Shown: positions 24,610 to 39,277, counted from the whole stretch's first letter. The stretch is DNA of 62,013 nucleotides, filler included, from Diploschistes diacapsis (GCA_023645945.1; 8 parts of 8 records of this genome joined end to end with filler, not necessarily neighbours in it), one strand, 5' to 3'. Translations and numbers: made by a program. Notes: a model not told the origin generated them from the sequence alone.

Positions 24610-25010
24610 ATGCCCTACACACCAACCGACGTCGACACTTCCAACTCTCAAGAATTCGCAGACCTTATAGCCTGCGAATGGTACTCCTACGAACACCCGC
24701 CCCAGACCTTCTTCCGCCTCTTCTGCCCCATACACGGCTCCGGGCCCAACGCGCGGCAGGAGAGCCTTGAAGAGCGTGCACAGCGCCAGCTCCAATGGCA
24801 CCAATCCGACCCAACTAGCTACTGGCATTGGTCATGGACGAGAAGGGGCAGATTGCAGGCGGGGCGGTGTGGAAGATCTGTCCTACTAACCCGATCGAGA
24901 AGGAGGAGCATATGGAGGCGTATTGGTATCCGGAGGGATGGATAAAGGTAAAAATGAGCTTGAGCCTATGACTATGTGGCAGATGTTCAGACCGATCAGG
25001 GGAAGTTCAA
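24610..25010 (+). pseudogene. GNAT-family acetyltransferase pseudogene
   Basis: DLIACEWYSYEHP.QTFFRLFCP...DPTSYW, frameshift at ~24830 to VMDEKGQIAGGAVWKICPTNP...YWYPEG, then a jump to a C-terminal-like MWQMFRP. The central acetyl-CoA motif is absent. Confidence 0.6.
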
Positions 25011-26590
25011 GTACGACAAGGATGGCGAGATTGTATATCCGTGGCGGTAAAGTTGTTTTCCCTAGGCACTTGGATCGACCTGCAGCAATAGATAATTGCG
25101 GGTTGAAAGCATGCGGGTTAATAGAATGTAAATTGGTAGAATTCCAATGAATAGAGTGAGCCGTGTAAAATAATTATACCCTTACTAAAGTCTTGGTTCA
25201 CAGCATCTTCAAATGAGCCATCTTCTCGGGCTTTAGCTCATATGCTTAGCCCGTTACCACTGTCCAGGCATTTTAATAATCTCGCAACACAAGAGCGCGA
25301 GCGTTCCCCGGGTATCCTGGTTCCCCTCTTGGGCATTGTGCTAATCAAATCTGATTAGTGACTGTAGTAAGCTAAGTCGTTAAGAACTTACTATCTTCAA
25401 CTTTCTTCGCCTGAGCTTCCGTATTACTGAATCTCCCACAAGGTGTGAGCAGCCTCCCGCGTGGCACTCGCGGCATACAGCAATTTTTCTAGAAAGTCCA
25501 TTTGAATACGCGATAGTTTGTCAAGATCGTCGGACAAAGTTTCTAGCATATGGGTTGCCTGTTGCAACACTTCTGATACTTGATGTGGGGAGATATCAGT
25601 TCTGCAGCTTGAACCAGTCTCATTTGGATTATGAGAGCCGCCTCCATGAGCATCGGTTGAGGGCAAGATGGGCATCTTTGCTGCTGAAGAAAGATTTAGT
25701 ATCGACTTTGTACGCTTCAGAATAAGGTTAGGTTTTGCAGACTTTTAGTAGCACCTGGAAAAGAGCTGTAAAATGCTCGTTAACTACAGTATCAAAGTGG
25801 AAAGAGGCGATGATATCGTGACGGAAGCGAGGTGATGGTGGCAGTTCAATGAAGTGAAAAGGAATAAACAATTCAAACTTACATAGACTTCTGTAAAAGC
25901 TCCAATTATGAATGGGTAGTTGAGAGATGATAATTGCTAGTAATCGTATGATGGTAGTAAAATGAAGTTATCAACTTGACAATTCAGGTGAGAAAAGAAG
26001 TGGTCATGTAATGAAGTTTTCTTAGAAATTGATGGTCACGCACCTCAGTATGACAGATGTTAGATTTAAATCATAGCAAGATAGGTCGATGACTTTACCA
26101 TGTTCCTTTTCACGAGAAAAAGCCAGACATTTCAGGAACACTTCATGGCTTACTTTGATCTGCGTGCTGAGACTCGCCCAGTTTCCATAGGTAAGGCCCC
26201 TATTATAAAAGCTCTGGGCCGATTCTGTAGGAGGCCGAGGATGGTTTCAGGCAATATTTCATGGAATGTTAGACAATATGCTTGGGAGTGCCTTAAATCA
26301 TGAAAACAGGTGCATTGGATATCCGTTACCTCAGGTTGACCTTTCTATAATAGAAAAGAAATGGAAGCGTTGATCGCATCCAAGGGTTCAGTAGAGGCTC
26401 GTCTTTCGCAAATACCAGCCCATACATATAACCGTAGCTTGAATCTCGTCTGCACAAAACTTCGAAGTTGGTGCTTCCCACATACCGCATCGTAGAGCGA
26501 CCTTCCTTCCAGACCTGCTTGTTTCACATTTTAGATATCTTTGTTTTGGCAATCTTTCAAGAGTCAGTATTCGCTCACCATTGCCGGATC

Positions 26591-28030
26591 TCATTCTGCT
26601 GCGGCGAACGTGCTTCTACCCCCGAGGAACGGACCGCATATCCAACGACTGGTAGGCCCTATAATATCCAGATCGAGAGCGACAAAAGCCAACAGACTGC
26701 TGCCCCAACCAAAACCAAGTGTATCGAACAAGTATGGGCCGAAAAGCGGAAATGCAAAAGCCGTCATGCCCCGTGTGCAAATCAACGTAGACACAACAGA
26801 AGCGGCATACTTGGTGTAAGCGTCGATCATATATGTCTGAATGCTTTGGAAGCAGTGTATCACCCCGGTGCAGAAGACAAAGCTTCCAATGTTTTGCATG
26901 ATTCAACAAAGCTGTGCTTGTCCTAACCAACCGAACCAAAACAGCCCAATTGGTACCATGAGCGAGCCAGGTAGCATGAGGGGAATTCTGGTCTACCTAC
27001 ATTGCTGTTGCTCTTTTTGAGCCACGAGTAAAAGATATTATTCAAAGGTCTATTCGCTGCAACCAGTCAGCACTGGTCGAAGATAGAAACAGCGTCGTAA
27101 ATAGTTTGAGAACCCACGATTAAGGCCTAGCCCATTGAGATATAGTTAAAACCACCAATAGCTACAGTTTCATGCTACTGCCCATTCCACATCATGGGAA
27201 AGCTGAAAAAGATAAACCACAATATTCCATTTAAGAGAACACATATGGGCTGCGAGAAACTGGATGACGAACTACGATCCGAGCAGCTTTAGAGGTCTCC
27301 TTAAGCTGGAAGGCAGCAGCATAGCAGGATTCCCCTCAGTAATGTTAGTTCCGAAATGTAGCATCCACCAAGGTGCTGTTTCCTTAGGTTTTCGTGCTGT
27401 GCTAGCCAAAATTATTGGAGCATACGACCCACGCAGTAACAGGACAGCAATCATTTGCAAAGTGACCGCAGTGCATGAAACTACCCAGAACATCCACCTT
27501 CATGAGACATCTTGGGCATCAAATCCTCCGATAATTGGCCCGATGGCAGGTCCAAGAAGAGGTCCGAGGGTGTATAAAACGACTGCTCTGCCACATTTCT
27601 CCGCCTGGCCGCAGGTCACTCATCACACCGCTGCCTATAGCTAGCCCAGCACAAGCTCCGATTCCGCTCAAGAAGCAAAAAGCGAGAATCTGGCCCTGAG
27701 AATTAGAACCCACAAGCGGTGTTGAAAGCGATGAAGAACAGGCTTTTTATGTGGAGAACTGGAAGACAACCATAGACCTCTGACAATAGCCCTAGGACAA
27801 GAGGCGCAAATTCAAGTCCCAAAAGCGGGATCGACATGCAGAGCGAAGATACGAAGGTGCTGCCAATTTGTAAGTCACGAGCAATGGCACCAATCGCAGG
27901 CGCTAGGATGGTGGCAGCCAGTGGCGGCAAGCCGCTGAAGAGGGAAATCAAAAGGGTAGTTGTCCACTTACCGAGGTGACTATTTTTTGGGATTTCTTCG
28001 GAACTTCAGGCCCTTCCCACGACACCTAAT
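26591..28030 (-). pseudogene. MFS drug:H+ antiporter (DHA1) pseudogene
   Basis: Fragments PLAATILAPAI, APLVLGLLSEVYG..PV, FLSGIG...AIGSGVMSD, GPAIGPIIGG, SYAPIIL, QTYMIDAYTKYAAS...FAFPLFGP.LF..LG.GWG.SLL in different frames, with frameshifts and stops. Confidence 0.8.
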
Positions 28031-29069
28031 TGCGAGTTATTAATTCCAAAGTAACTACGAGTGGCTTGTCAAATCGACACTCACTTTATTGGTAATGATT
28101 TGGGAGCCGCCGTCTCCTTTCCGGAACGTCCATCTGGCTCAGTCCATCTGGCTCACTCAGACAACCCTCTCCCAGTCCTCGCAAATCAGAGACTCCTAAG
28201 GTATTATTTGTGCTCTATTGTGCCTGCTATGGTGACCGCTGTTCGAACTTTGAGTAAAGAAGACGGAGATTCTGTATGCCTGGCGACGTTCTGCAAGTTT
28301 CTCGTGTAACTTTGTACTCACCCGAGGATTCCATTTAACACTTTGGGAACTCGACAAGAAACTCAATTGGAGACGCAAATATAGTATATGCAACATGTAG
28401 AGCCATGTCGGAAAGTACTAAGAGCCAAAAAAACACATACTCGAGACGACAAGTTTAGGTAGAGCAGCGTAGAGGATTTGAACATACTAGCCATGGCCAC
28501 AAGACCTACACCAAACATCTAAGGGTATAGCAACCGCGTATATAGTACATAGTTCGCGTACCTCCTATCAATCCCAAACTCGGCCTGCCCAAGCGTTGCG
28601 AGCGCGGAAAGGCCGGCATATTCCCTTGGAGGCGGAGAGCATCAACGAGGGATGCAAACAGTACCCGACACTACTCAATGTAAGTGTAGAGACATTCATA
28701 ATGTTGAACATAATGTAAAATTACCGCCGCTTCCGACCTATCCCGGACTCCCCTGTGGCCGATGTCAGAACATCCCTGAATAGTTAAGGGGATGGAGGTT
28801 AAAGCTCATAAGGCGTGGAAACACGGCGCCGTAGCCACCCCTGTATTTCCGCTTCAAAGAGGATTAGCGCTGCCTCGGCAACAGCCTGCGCGCTTGCAGG
28901 CACTAAAATATTGCGGGAAACTTTTGAGTGGGGACAGCATCCTGCAAAACCTAGCAAGAGACACCATCAAACAAGACTGACTTCACTTCAGCGGTCGCAC
29001 GAAAGTCATAAATTCCAGGGAATACAAACCACCTTAAGATCGAACCTTGAGCCACGCCAAAACGGTGCC

Positions 29070-31001
29070 ATGGCCTTCGGTGGCCAAACTCCGACGATCA
29101 TCGTCCTGAAAGAAGGTACTACGGTTCACGTCTGGTAACTTTGATACAATAGACTTCTAAAATTTGTGCGTAGGTACCGACTCGTCGCAAGGTAAGGGAC
29201 AGATAATATCCAACATCAACGCATGTCTTGCGGTACAAAATACTATTCGAAGCACACTCGGCCCATATGGCGGGGACTTGCTGCTCGTTGATACAAACGG
29301 CAAGCAGACCATCACCAACGATGGCGCAACGATTATGAAAGTGCGGCCGCTGCGACTCCATGTTAAGCTCTGCTAAGCCCGCATAGCTCTTAGACATCGT
29401 CCACCCAGCCGCTCGCATACTTACAGACATTGCTCGCTCGCAAGATGCAGAAGTAGGTGACGGGACAACATCAGTTGTCGTACTAGCGGGAGAAATATTG
29501 AAGGAGGTAAAAGACCACGTAGAAAACGGCGTGAGCTCCCAAGTTATCATAAAGGCACTAAGGAGGGCGTCGTCCATGGCAGTCAACAAGATTCAGGAAA
29601 TCTCTGTGAGTACAAATGAGGGCAACAAGCGGGAAACACTTCGGAGGTTAGCAGCAACTGCAATGACGAGCAAGCTTATACATCGGAATTCGGACTTCTT
29701 CACTAAGAGTATGGCAGCTCATAAGCAATCTACTAGGACTTGTGCTAACCCCAGCTAGTGGTGGTCGATGCCGTTCTGTCCTTGGACCAAGACGATCTTA
29801 ATGAAAAGCTTATAGGCATCAAGAAGATTACCGGCGGCGGTCTCCAGGAATCTCTTTTTATCAACGGCGTCGCTTTCAAAAAGACCTTCTCCTATGCCGG
29901 TTTTGAGCAGCAGCCAAAAATCTTTAGCGATCCCAAAATCGTCTGCCTGAACGTCGAGCTCGAGCTCAAGAGCGAAAAAGACAACGCCGAAGTCCGCATT
30001 GAGCAGGTCTCCGAGTATCAAGCCGTCGTCGACGCCGAGTGGCAAATTATCTACAACAAGCTCGAGGCTCTGCACAAGACTGGCGCAAAAGTCGTGCTCA
30101 GCAAGCTTCCCATTGGTGACTTGGCGACACAGTACTTTGCAGACCGCGACGTTTTCTGTGCCGGACGAGTATCCTCGGATGACATGGAGCGAGTGGTGCA
30201 AGCGTGCGGTGGGACTATCTCTTCAACTTGCTCGGACATCCAGCCGCAGCATTTGGGCACCTGTGAAAAGTTTGAGGAACGGCAAATCGGCGGCGAGCGG
30301 TACAACTTCTTCGAAGGGTGTCCAGCCGCCAAGGCGTGCACTCTCATTCTTCGCGGTGGCGCGGAGCAGTTCATCGCCGAAGTAGAGCGCAGTCTGCACG
30401 ACGCCATCATGATCGTCAAGCGAGCCATCAAGCACCAGAGCATTGTCGCCGGCGGCGGTGCTTGCGAGGTATGCCCTCACCAACCCGTTCCCCGCCAATC
30501 TAAGAACCCAGCCTTCTCCCCTTTCTCTCATCGTATTCCAACCACCCAGTTCGTCTCACACGCTCACACGCACGCACCAACTAACTTCTCCCAAAACAGA
30601 TGGAAGTCTCCTCCTACCTCCACCACTTCGCCGACACCAAAATCCACCACAAGCAACAAGCCATCATCAAATCCTTCGCAAAAGCGCTCGAGATCATCCC
30701 GCGCCAGCTCTGCGACAACGCCGGCTTCGACGCCACCGACATCCTCAACCACCTGCGCGTCGAGCACCGCTCGCGTGGCAACGTCTGGGCCGGCGTCGAC
30801 TTCGACCACGAGGGCGTCCGCAACAACATGGAGGCCTTTGTGTGGGAGCCCGCGCTCGTCAAGACGAACGCCATACAGGCGGCGGTCGAGGCGGCGTGTT
30901 TGATCCTGAGCGTCGACGAGACGATTAGAAATGAGGAGAGCGAGCAGCCGCAGGCGCCGGCGCAGGGATTGCCGAGGGGGGCGGCGCAGAGGGTGTTGGG
31001 G
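29070..31001 (+). CDS. CCT7: Chaperonin CCT/TRiC subunit eta (last codons cut)
   Basis: [89 protein letters not shown]. Confidence 0.96.
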
Positions 31002-31101
31002 NNNNNNNNNNNNNNNNNNNNNNNNNNNNNNNNNNNNNNNNNNNNTTAATTAATTAANNNNNNNNNNNNNNNNNNNNNNNNNNNNNNNNNNNNNNNNNNN
31101 N
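31002..31101. other. Artificial contig spacer
   Basis: N44-TTAATTAATTAA-N44. Confidence 0.99.
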
Positions 31102-34100
31102 CGCTCCACCCCACCTCCCTGACGACCCCATGACACCCCATCAGCAGGCCGGGAAACTTCCGCGTCCAGAACCCCAGGTACCCCGCCGGCAACGCGCCGA
31201 CCATCTTCTTCACCCCCTCCGGCATGTCCTCGTAGTGGTTCCTCTTGTTCCTCAGCGCCCGCAGCAGATCCAGCACCCTGCCCCCAACGTACTTCCTCTG
31301 CTTCCCCAGCGTGTCCTTGAAGCCCTGCGGCAGCGGCCTCAAGAAGTCCCCGCCGTGCTGCTCCCCCAGCAGCTCCGGCGCCAGGCTCTCGAGCGCCAGC
31401 AGCGCCGCGCTCGGCGGGTCGCGCGGCTCGAACTCGAAGGCGTCGGACACGGAGCACAGGAAGTCGAGCCGGAGCTGCGCGGGCCAGAAGAAGGGGTGCG
31501 CCAGCACCGTCGCCGCGTCCGGCCGCGCCCTGGCGTCGCGCGCGATCATGGACCCGATCAGGTCGCGCGCCTCCCACTGGTAGTCGCCCAGGCGCGCCAG
31601 CTCGTCGAGGCTGTGGTGGCCCTTGATCACGTTGGGCTCGCGCATGTAGCGCCCGTCGCGGTCGAAGGGGTGCGCGCCGCCCGTGAGGACGAAGTGGAAG
31701 ACGCAGCCCAGGGAGAAGATGTCGATGGCTCGCGTGGCGCGGCGGTTGGTCTGCGTGTCGAGCACGAGCGGCTCCGAGTCGGAGGAGGTGGAGGTGCCGT
31801 TGTGCGTGTGGGAGGCCGAAGGGGAGGCGTCGTCGTCGTCGATGAGCAGTTCCGGGGCGCGCCAGCCGGTGGTGCCAGCAGCGTGCGCGGTCGTGGCGCG
31901 GAAAGAGGACTGGTCGCCTTCGAGCTTCTTGCAGAGGCCGAAGTCGGAGATTAGGAGGCGCGGGGGTTGGAAGAGCGAGGGGTTCGAGGGGAGTCTTTTG
32001 GGAGCGGACACGAGGATGTTCTGAGGCTTGATGTCCCGATGAACGATCTTGAGAGAATGCAGGTACCGTAGGCCGGAGGTAATCTGGTAGAGGACATCCG
32101 GAAGGTCCAGCCCCGTGGGGCCGACAAGTTCCGAGTGTTCCTGAGGCTTCTCGACGACATCCTGGAGGGAGGCCGGGCAGAGCTCCAGCGCTATGTAGAG
32201 GAACTGGCCGGCGGATTCCTTGTCGTAGTACCTGATGACGTTCGGATGATCGTCGCTTTCCTGCAATAATCCAACCTCGTGTGAGGCGATATCGTAGAAT
32301 TCGAGGAGCATTCTCTTCACAGCAACGTCCCGGCCGCCGAAAGTGCCCCTGTAGACAACCGTACCGTGGCTGCCGAAACCTAGAGCGGTATCCGTAAAGA
32401 CTCGCAGGTGACCGATCCGGATAATAGGACCGGATGGGTCGGTGGGCGTGGAACTGCCCTGAACTTCTATAACGTCAGGCTGTAACGTAGACGGTTCCTT
32501 GCCAATCCGCAACGCCTCCTCTACCGTTTCTTCCACCGTCTTAGCATCATCGCCCTTTGCTAGCTGGCCTTTCTTCTTCTTGTGTTTCATGCCTCCCCGG
32601 CAGCCTCTTCGAGCTTTCTTCTTCCCGGGCGTGGCTACTTCAGTAGCCTCGTCGTCGAATTCCGGTGGAGCGGGAGAGGGCGAAGGTGAAGGCTCAACAA
32701 CGCGAACGTGATGCCCGTCCTTTGGTCTCCCACGATTTTCACTAATTGTGGAGGACCGACTACGGAGGGTAGATGGTGGCGGCTCAAGAAGCGGAGTTGT
32801 TCTCCGCGCCGTAGGTGTTGCTTCCCCATCCGTCTCTTGTCCAATCTCCACGACTGTGGAAGATAACGAAGGTTTAATGTCCTTGAAGGAAAGCTCGGGT
32901 ACTATGGGAGACGACGGTACGGAACCCAGCCTTTTCTCAATTTGAGGAATGATGCGCTTGAGCTCGCGGTTATTGCGAACGAATTGAATGAAACTTCTCC
33001 GCTTGACGGTGAAGAATGCTCCGAGAAGCATGAGGAAGAGAGCGAGGCCTATGTCGATAACAGTGTTTGCCGCGCGGCTGCTCGTCTTCGGTCCTAGTAA
33101 TATGAAGCCCGGATTCAATGGTGACGGCGCAGGGAGCGCGAAATCTGAGGTGTCGCTTCCGGGTTCGGGTTCTGGGGGCCCGGATATGGTGAGGAAAGTA
33201 CGCTCACCATTCGATGGGCTATCTGATAGCGAATGTACCCCAACAAGCGCTCCTTGTCGTTGTTCAGAAGACGGCGCTTCTGGAGCAAACTTTACTTCTA
33301 GCCAGTCCCGGTTGTAGCATTGTGCTCTTGCGGCGCCGCCTGTAGCGAAGGGATACTTGATTTCCGACATGGCATACCATCCACCACCGTCTGTTTGGTT
33401 GATAAAGATCCTGTTCCGGTCCTCGATCGTCGGGTAGATCTCAGAGCTGTCGATCGGACCGAGGGGTTGAGGAAGGAGAACGAGCTGTGTATCTCGGCTT
33501 TCGGATCCCACCGGTCGAGCAACATCGAAAACTCGAACTACCGGCGAAGGCAACGTTTGGACGTAACGTTTCCGCATCTTGCTTTCGTGAGCAAGATCAA
33601 TGTCGAAGCCCCAGATACTGCCATCGAAGCGCGGGAATACATATTTTTGGTCCATCGTGGTCGAGTATTGCCCATGTAGATCCAGGTCCCTGTTGTTCGG
33701 ACCCCACTCCGAATATCTCAAGGTGCAAATGGGACCGCCAGAGTCCAGATGTTCAATGTTGACAGTGTATTCCGTTCGTCCAAGCATGATTGAGCCACTG
33801 GAGCCACACTCTTCTTCCTCGAAGCCCTCGAGACGATTCATCCGGCGACAGCTGGTGTCGTCGTTCCTTGTGGAGCCAGCAGAACTAAAAGTCTTGGTAA
33901 TTATTCCTGTGGCAGCATCAACAGTAAAAAGCGTAGTCCTCTTCTCCGTCGTATAGACCACGGCAGGGTCTTCACCAGCATACGGCGAGAAATCCTCGGC
34001 TAGCTTCTTGACTGTCAGGCGCAGCCTCTGCAAGCCCGGGTTCCGGCCCTGGTTGTAGATGTAGATATCCCCATCTCTGCTCGGTTCGATGATCCAGAGG

Positions 34101-34648
34101 AACTCATCCTCCGGCCTGTAGTCTCCAATGCCGGACCTGTTCTTCTCTCGATGATAGATGGTCTCGACCATTGGTCTGTCCACCTCGAGCGCCCACCGCT
34201 CCTGACCCGTGTTCCTGTCCCTCGCGTGAATCGATCCATCAACGGTCGCCAGCAGTATGAAATCCTCAACCTCCCAATCCTGCAAAGAACGCGCAATTTG
34301 CAGCGACGATGGCCCGGTTGACTTACCGGGCGCTTGTGCAGGCCTTGGTGCTCGGACGGCATTATCGTCTGCCGGAGCTAAAGTTGCGATGGCGCTCTCT
34401 CTTTTGGAGTCGTGTAATGTGTCTTTTATGTATTTGTATTCCTTCCTGTCCAGTGATGGATCATCTTCGTACGTCCTGATATGACCAGACGATCTTGAAT
34501 GGTAGTCGACGTGACCCTGCTCCGGTATAGAGTTCTGGTAGCGCCTTCGCTCCTGCTGTGGAGAAGCTATGACTAGGGGAAGTAGAAGTAGGCATGTGGT
34601 GAGTTTCGATATTGAGGCGTTGCCTGCGCCGGGTCGCCGACGCGACAT
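31102..34648 (-). CDS. IRE1: UPR sensor kinase/endoribonuclease Ire1 (extreme C-terminus cut)
   Basis: Signal peptide, lumenal domain (LLATVDGSIHA), TM helix, kinase (LGFGSHGT, VAVKRML, HRDIKPQN, DFG), KEN RNase (DLLRALRNKRNHY). Confidence 0.97.
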
Positions 34649-35781
34649 GTTGAAGATCTACAAGGCGAACGAGGAGGCCTTGGTAGGCAGAAACAATTGC
34701 AGACGGGCAGGTAAGCGGCGGTTGGGGGATCACTCATGGGAGTGACTGTGAAGGGTATAGGTATTCTTAGATTGTAAAGAATCAGCCGTACTGCTTGAGA
34801 TAAGCTAAAAGAAAAACTAATGCTGGAGGTTGAATTGATGTGCTGCATATAATCAAGACAGCGTGAAAAGTGGGAGGAAGAAGGAAGGCAGAGGAAAAAG
34901 CAGGATCAAGTTTGCTGAGTTGCAACATTCCAGTCCTGCCTTGTCAGCCCCCATCAACCTGCGCCGCCCCTGCCTTCGATGCTTACACTTCAGAATCTAC
35001 AGAACCAAAGCCGATATTCTCTCACTAAAAACTCAAGGCAGTACACACACCTCCTTACTCGCTATGGTATTGAGGCCACTCGGTCTTCCAGGGGGGCCAG
35101 TTGTTCGTCAAGTGGGTAGTTTTCTCGCGATACCTCCCTCCTAGTAGAGCATCAAAAACCCTTGGCTATTGTGACGAACGGTCCGCGATATCTCCATCAT
35201 CAGAGCGGCGCAATGTCACACCACGGATGCATAGGTAGGCGTGGGGTAATCGGCGACAATAGTTACAACTTGCTTCATATAGTACCGAGCTTCCAGTAGT
35301 AGCTTCGGCCATGCTTGTGTGCTTTTACTGCATCACCCGTCCGCATTACGGATGGCAAGCAAGGCCAACACACTATTAGAACCATTGGGCTACGCAAACA
35401 AACGTTGCTGACGCAAGGGCGAAGGTCGACGGCTTTGTAACTAAAGGTGGAGAAAGAAGAGCGCGCGGCTTGAGAGCTGGAACGGAGGATCCAGCAGTAT
35501 TGGAAGACTTTCATGGGAGCTATCTACCTAGACGTGCTATCTATGTGATCGCAACCTACTATGGATTCACCAGAATAGATCTTCGTGCTGCATAATCTCA
35601 TAGCTCATGGGCCTCTCCTGCCGGTGTAAACTGGGACGCTTCGTCTTTCATCCATTCTTCATGGACATAAGCTTCGAGGTATCTGGCCGAAGGACTTGCC
35701 AGTGGACCTCCTAGGTATTTTAGAGGGCGGAGATGCAAAATTGCATTGTCTGGTTTTGGCTTTCCCCACTGCTGTACTCCA

Positions 35782-37525
35782 TCATGCCCGGTCACGCCTT
35801 CGGGGTGCACTGCGAATGATATTGTCCACCCGTAGTAGTAGCTGCACACCGAACAGTTAGTCCAAGGTCTATCCAAAAAGCCGCTAACGTGCTTACCTCT
35901 GCAGCCTCGGAGGCTGAAGCAACGACCGCCCTCTTGAGCTTGTAACTCTCAACAACCCCCAGGTCCCTCATATCCGCTATGCCTCCGCCTACTGTTAGGA
36001 GATCCAGGCCGGAGCTGGTCATGCCCTTGTGGATGGCCTCCCTCAGCCTAGCTACCAGATCGCTTGAATCTAAACCAGCATTATCCGCCAATATTGTGGG
36101 TAGCTGCCTCAGCGCCGTCGCGAATGAGTCCACGGCAATAGCACGCTTGCCCGCCACACTCTGCGCCGCTTGATTGACAGCCTTTGCCATGACCATCTCG
36201 GCGCATCCTCCACCAAGGGTGACACGAGGCTCTCTGACCGTTTGTGAGAGGACGGCAAGTGCGTCGTGGAGGGAGCGCTCGGCCTCGTCGAGCAACTGCT
36301 CTGTAGCGCCCCGTAACACGATGGTACAAGCTTGCCCAGCTGCTACGCCGGAGAACTTGATGAGCGTGTCTTCCCCGATAATTACCTCCTCGATAAGGTC
36401 ACATTGTCCAAGCTTGACGCTCTCAGGGTGGTCGAAGGTGGAGGCGATCTCGCCTCCTGTGACGAGTGCTAGGCGTTCGATGCCGTCAAAATCCGCGTGC
36501 TCTATCGAGACGATACCGGCATCGGAGAAGAGCTGCTCGGGCCAGTTGTAGATTAGTTGCCTGTTGACAAAACAATTGATGCCCTGGGCCTTTATTCGCT
36601 CAACCTTGGCTTTCATCCTCTCCCGCTCGGCCTTTTCGAGCTCCGCGAGCTTGCCCGTCGACTCGACCTTCACTCTCGCCCCGAAAATCTTGATTTTGTC
36701 TGTATCCATGGCCGTGTTCGCGACCAGGATCTTGGCCTTCTCAAGGCGCTTGGGTTGGTTGACGCCTATGCGCTTGTCGAGGATGAATCCCTCGTCCAAG
36801 TAGGAATCACTCAGCTTTCCACCGGCTTTCTTGATAACCTGTATGCTCGTGAGATCGGTTGAGCCTTTCAGCCGTAGCACTGCGTCAACCGCGAGCTCTG
36901 CAAAGTAAGTTCGGTCCTGGCTAAGGACCTTTGAACTCAGTGTTGTTCGCGCTACTGCCAGCAAATCCTTGCGGAACTTGGCTGTGTCTTTGCTGTTGTC
37001 GACTGCCGTCGTCTCGAGGGCGCTCAGCGCCGCGATGCTTGCTATCCTGTATCCCTCTATTATGGTCTGCGGGTGTATCTTCTTCTCCACCAGCTTCTCG
37101 GCCTCTCGTAGGAGCTCTGCTGCTAGCACCGTTACGGACGTTGTTCCATCTCCCACTTCATCGTCCTGTACCTTTGAGATATTGACCAAGACTTTGGCCG
37201 CGGCATTGTCGAGAGCGATGGCTTTGAGTATTGTCGCGCCGTCATTTGTAACCATGATTTCGCCGGTGGACCTACAAGATGTCAGGAAAAGCTAGGATAG
37301 TGCGGCGGGACTGCGTACGCTGATTGTAGTATCTTATCCATGCCCTTGGGACCCAATGTGCTCTTGACCAAATCGCCCACGGCAATAGCCCCCACGAAGG
37401 CGGAAAGACGGGCATTCTCACCCTTCTCCTCTGTGACATCCTCTGCAAAAATTGACGTAGGATTGAACGAAGCCTATCAAGTGGTGAGCGTACACGAAAG
37501 AGGTTCCCCAACTTATACCTACCAT
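35782..37525 (-). CDS. CCT2: Chaperonin CCT/TRiC subunit beta
   Basis: ATG-only first exon, [55 protein letters not shown], last exon [19 protein letters not shown]. Confidence 0.96.
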
Positions 37526-38761
37526 TGTGTTATTTTTCCCTTTAATTATTATTATAAGCTGCAACGATAATAATAATGTGTTGTGCCTGGAATATTTGGG
37601 GAATTCCGCAGTCTTGGCACTGAAAAGAAAGCAGAGTCCGATAATCGTCACGTGCTTTACAGCGAAACTTTAGGAAAATAATTGATCCGATTCCCAGAAT
37701 ACCCCTTGGCACTTATTATTAGTTACTTCGTCTCTATACATACAACATCGTCTGGTCCCAAGAGAGTGTGTAAGAGATGGCACACCGCCATCTCTGGCCC
37801 TTCTCGACTTGCAGCTCGCCAGACTGAGGTACAAGCACCTTTAAACAGCCGCAACGAGAAGCACGACGTTAAGAAGAATTTGCCATACCCAGCACCTCCT
37901 TCCATCGCCGAAAAGATGTCACAAGAGCTTCAAAGTAATGCTTCACGTTTTAATTAAAAACCAAAAATTCAAGAGTTTCGGGGAGGAGCCTGCAGTATCT
38001 TACTCGGTCTGGAGCATCTCTCGAAGTTTCATGTGGCCGGAAAGCGTGAAGCAGAGGAGGTGCTGAATACATCAGTTCATGCAGGCAGGGGGTCGGTGCT
38101 GCCCTGGGATTTGTAAGCTCTGTGCGCTCATCGAAGGCGAACTCACCCATGGGACGGTGCCTTGGTGGATCGTGTTCCATGAAGGGCTATTTGAGCTACT
38201 ACTGTCCGAGGAGAACCTTTGTCGAGAATTAAATCACAGAGCAAGAGGCAAGCTCATGGAGCCATAACGAACGAACTAGGGTAGTAGCTAAGTAAAATAT
38301 CCCGCCTCAGTCACCAAAACAAAGTCGTGATAAGAATATAATATATCAATCAGAACCACCACGCCTCCTTATCCTTCCTCCTAAGGGTCCGATGGCAATG
38401 GAGACTATTCCAAGACTACAAATATATACATACCCTAGAATGTAAAAGTAACTGCGTTGAAAGTCCTTCCCCTCCCACCTATCAACAAGCTGGCTTGGCG
38501 TATCCAGAAAGCCGCCGCTATACCACCCCGAAAAGCCCTCCTATCCCTTCCTAGAAAGAAAAAAAAATCGTAAACATGGACCTCGTTACTCGAAGAACTC
38601 GGGCCTGACGAGCCTCATGACTCAGCTCCCTTGAGCCTCAGCACCCACGTCCATTCCCTCTCCCTCCTTTCCCTCCTTCCCCTTCATCCTCCTATCCTCC
38701 TTTCCCACCCCCCTAACCAAGCTCATAATCCCTTCGACCGCCCTCTCCTCCACCGTCAAGC

Positions 38762-38861
38762 NNNNNNNNNNNNNNNNNNNNNNNNNNNNNNNNNNNNNNN
38801 NNNNNTTAATTAATTAANNNNNNNNNNNNNNNNNNNNNNNNNNNNNNNNNNNNNNNNNNNN
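38762..38861. other. Artificial contig spacer
   Basis: N44-TTAATTAATTAA-N44. Confidence 0.99.
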
Positions 38862-39277
38862 GGGCGGGAGGTGGGACCTGGGATGCTGTGGGTGGGTAGG
38901 CAGTAGGTAGTAATGGGGCACGTTGTGAAGAAGAAGAGGAGGAGGAGGAGGAGGCCGTGACTGGGCGGGATATATTGTTGTGTTCCAGTCAGCAATATAG
39001 AAAGATCGACGCTGAATGGGATAATCTGGCTGCTGCTGGTTGCTGTCTGCTCTTCTCTCCCCGTGACCTTTCTCATGTACATGCGGGAAGTGTTGCAGTA
39101 TGTGCAGAGTCGATGGGTACGGGAGGAGTTTTGATGGGAGCCTACCGTGGGTTTTTTGGGACACGCTTCGAAAGGAATAGAGGCTTCGAGTCAGAAGGGC
39201 CTTTGATGCTGTGCTCTCTGCTGATGATCACGAAAGGAAAAGTGGAAGCGGAAGCGATTAGAGGTCAAAAACACATT

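Noticed and set aside
29070..37525. CCT7-IRE1-CCT2 as a proteostasis gene cluster
   Set aside because: CCT7 is on a different contig from IRE1/CCT2, separated by an artificial spacer.
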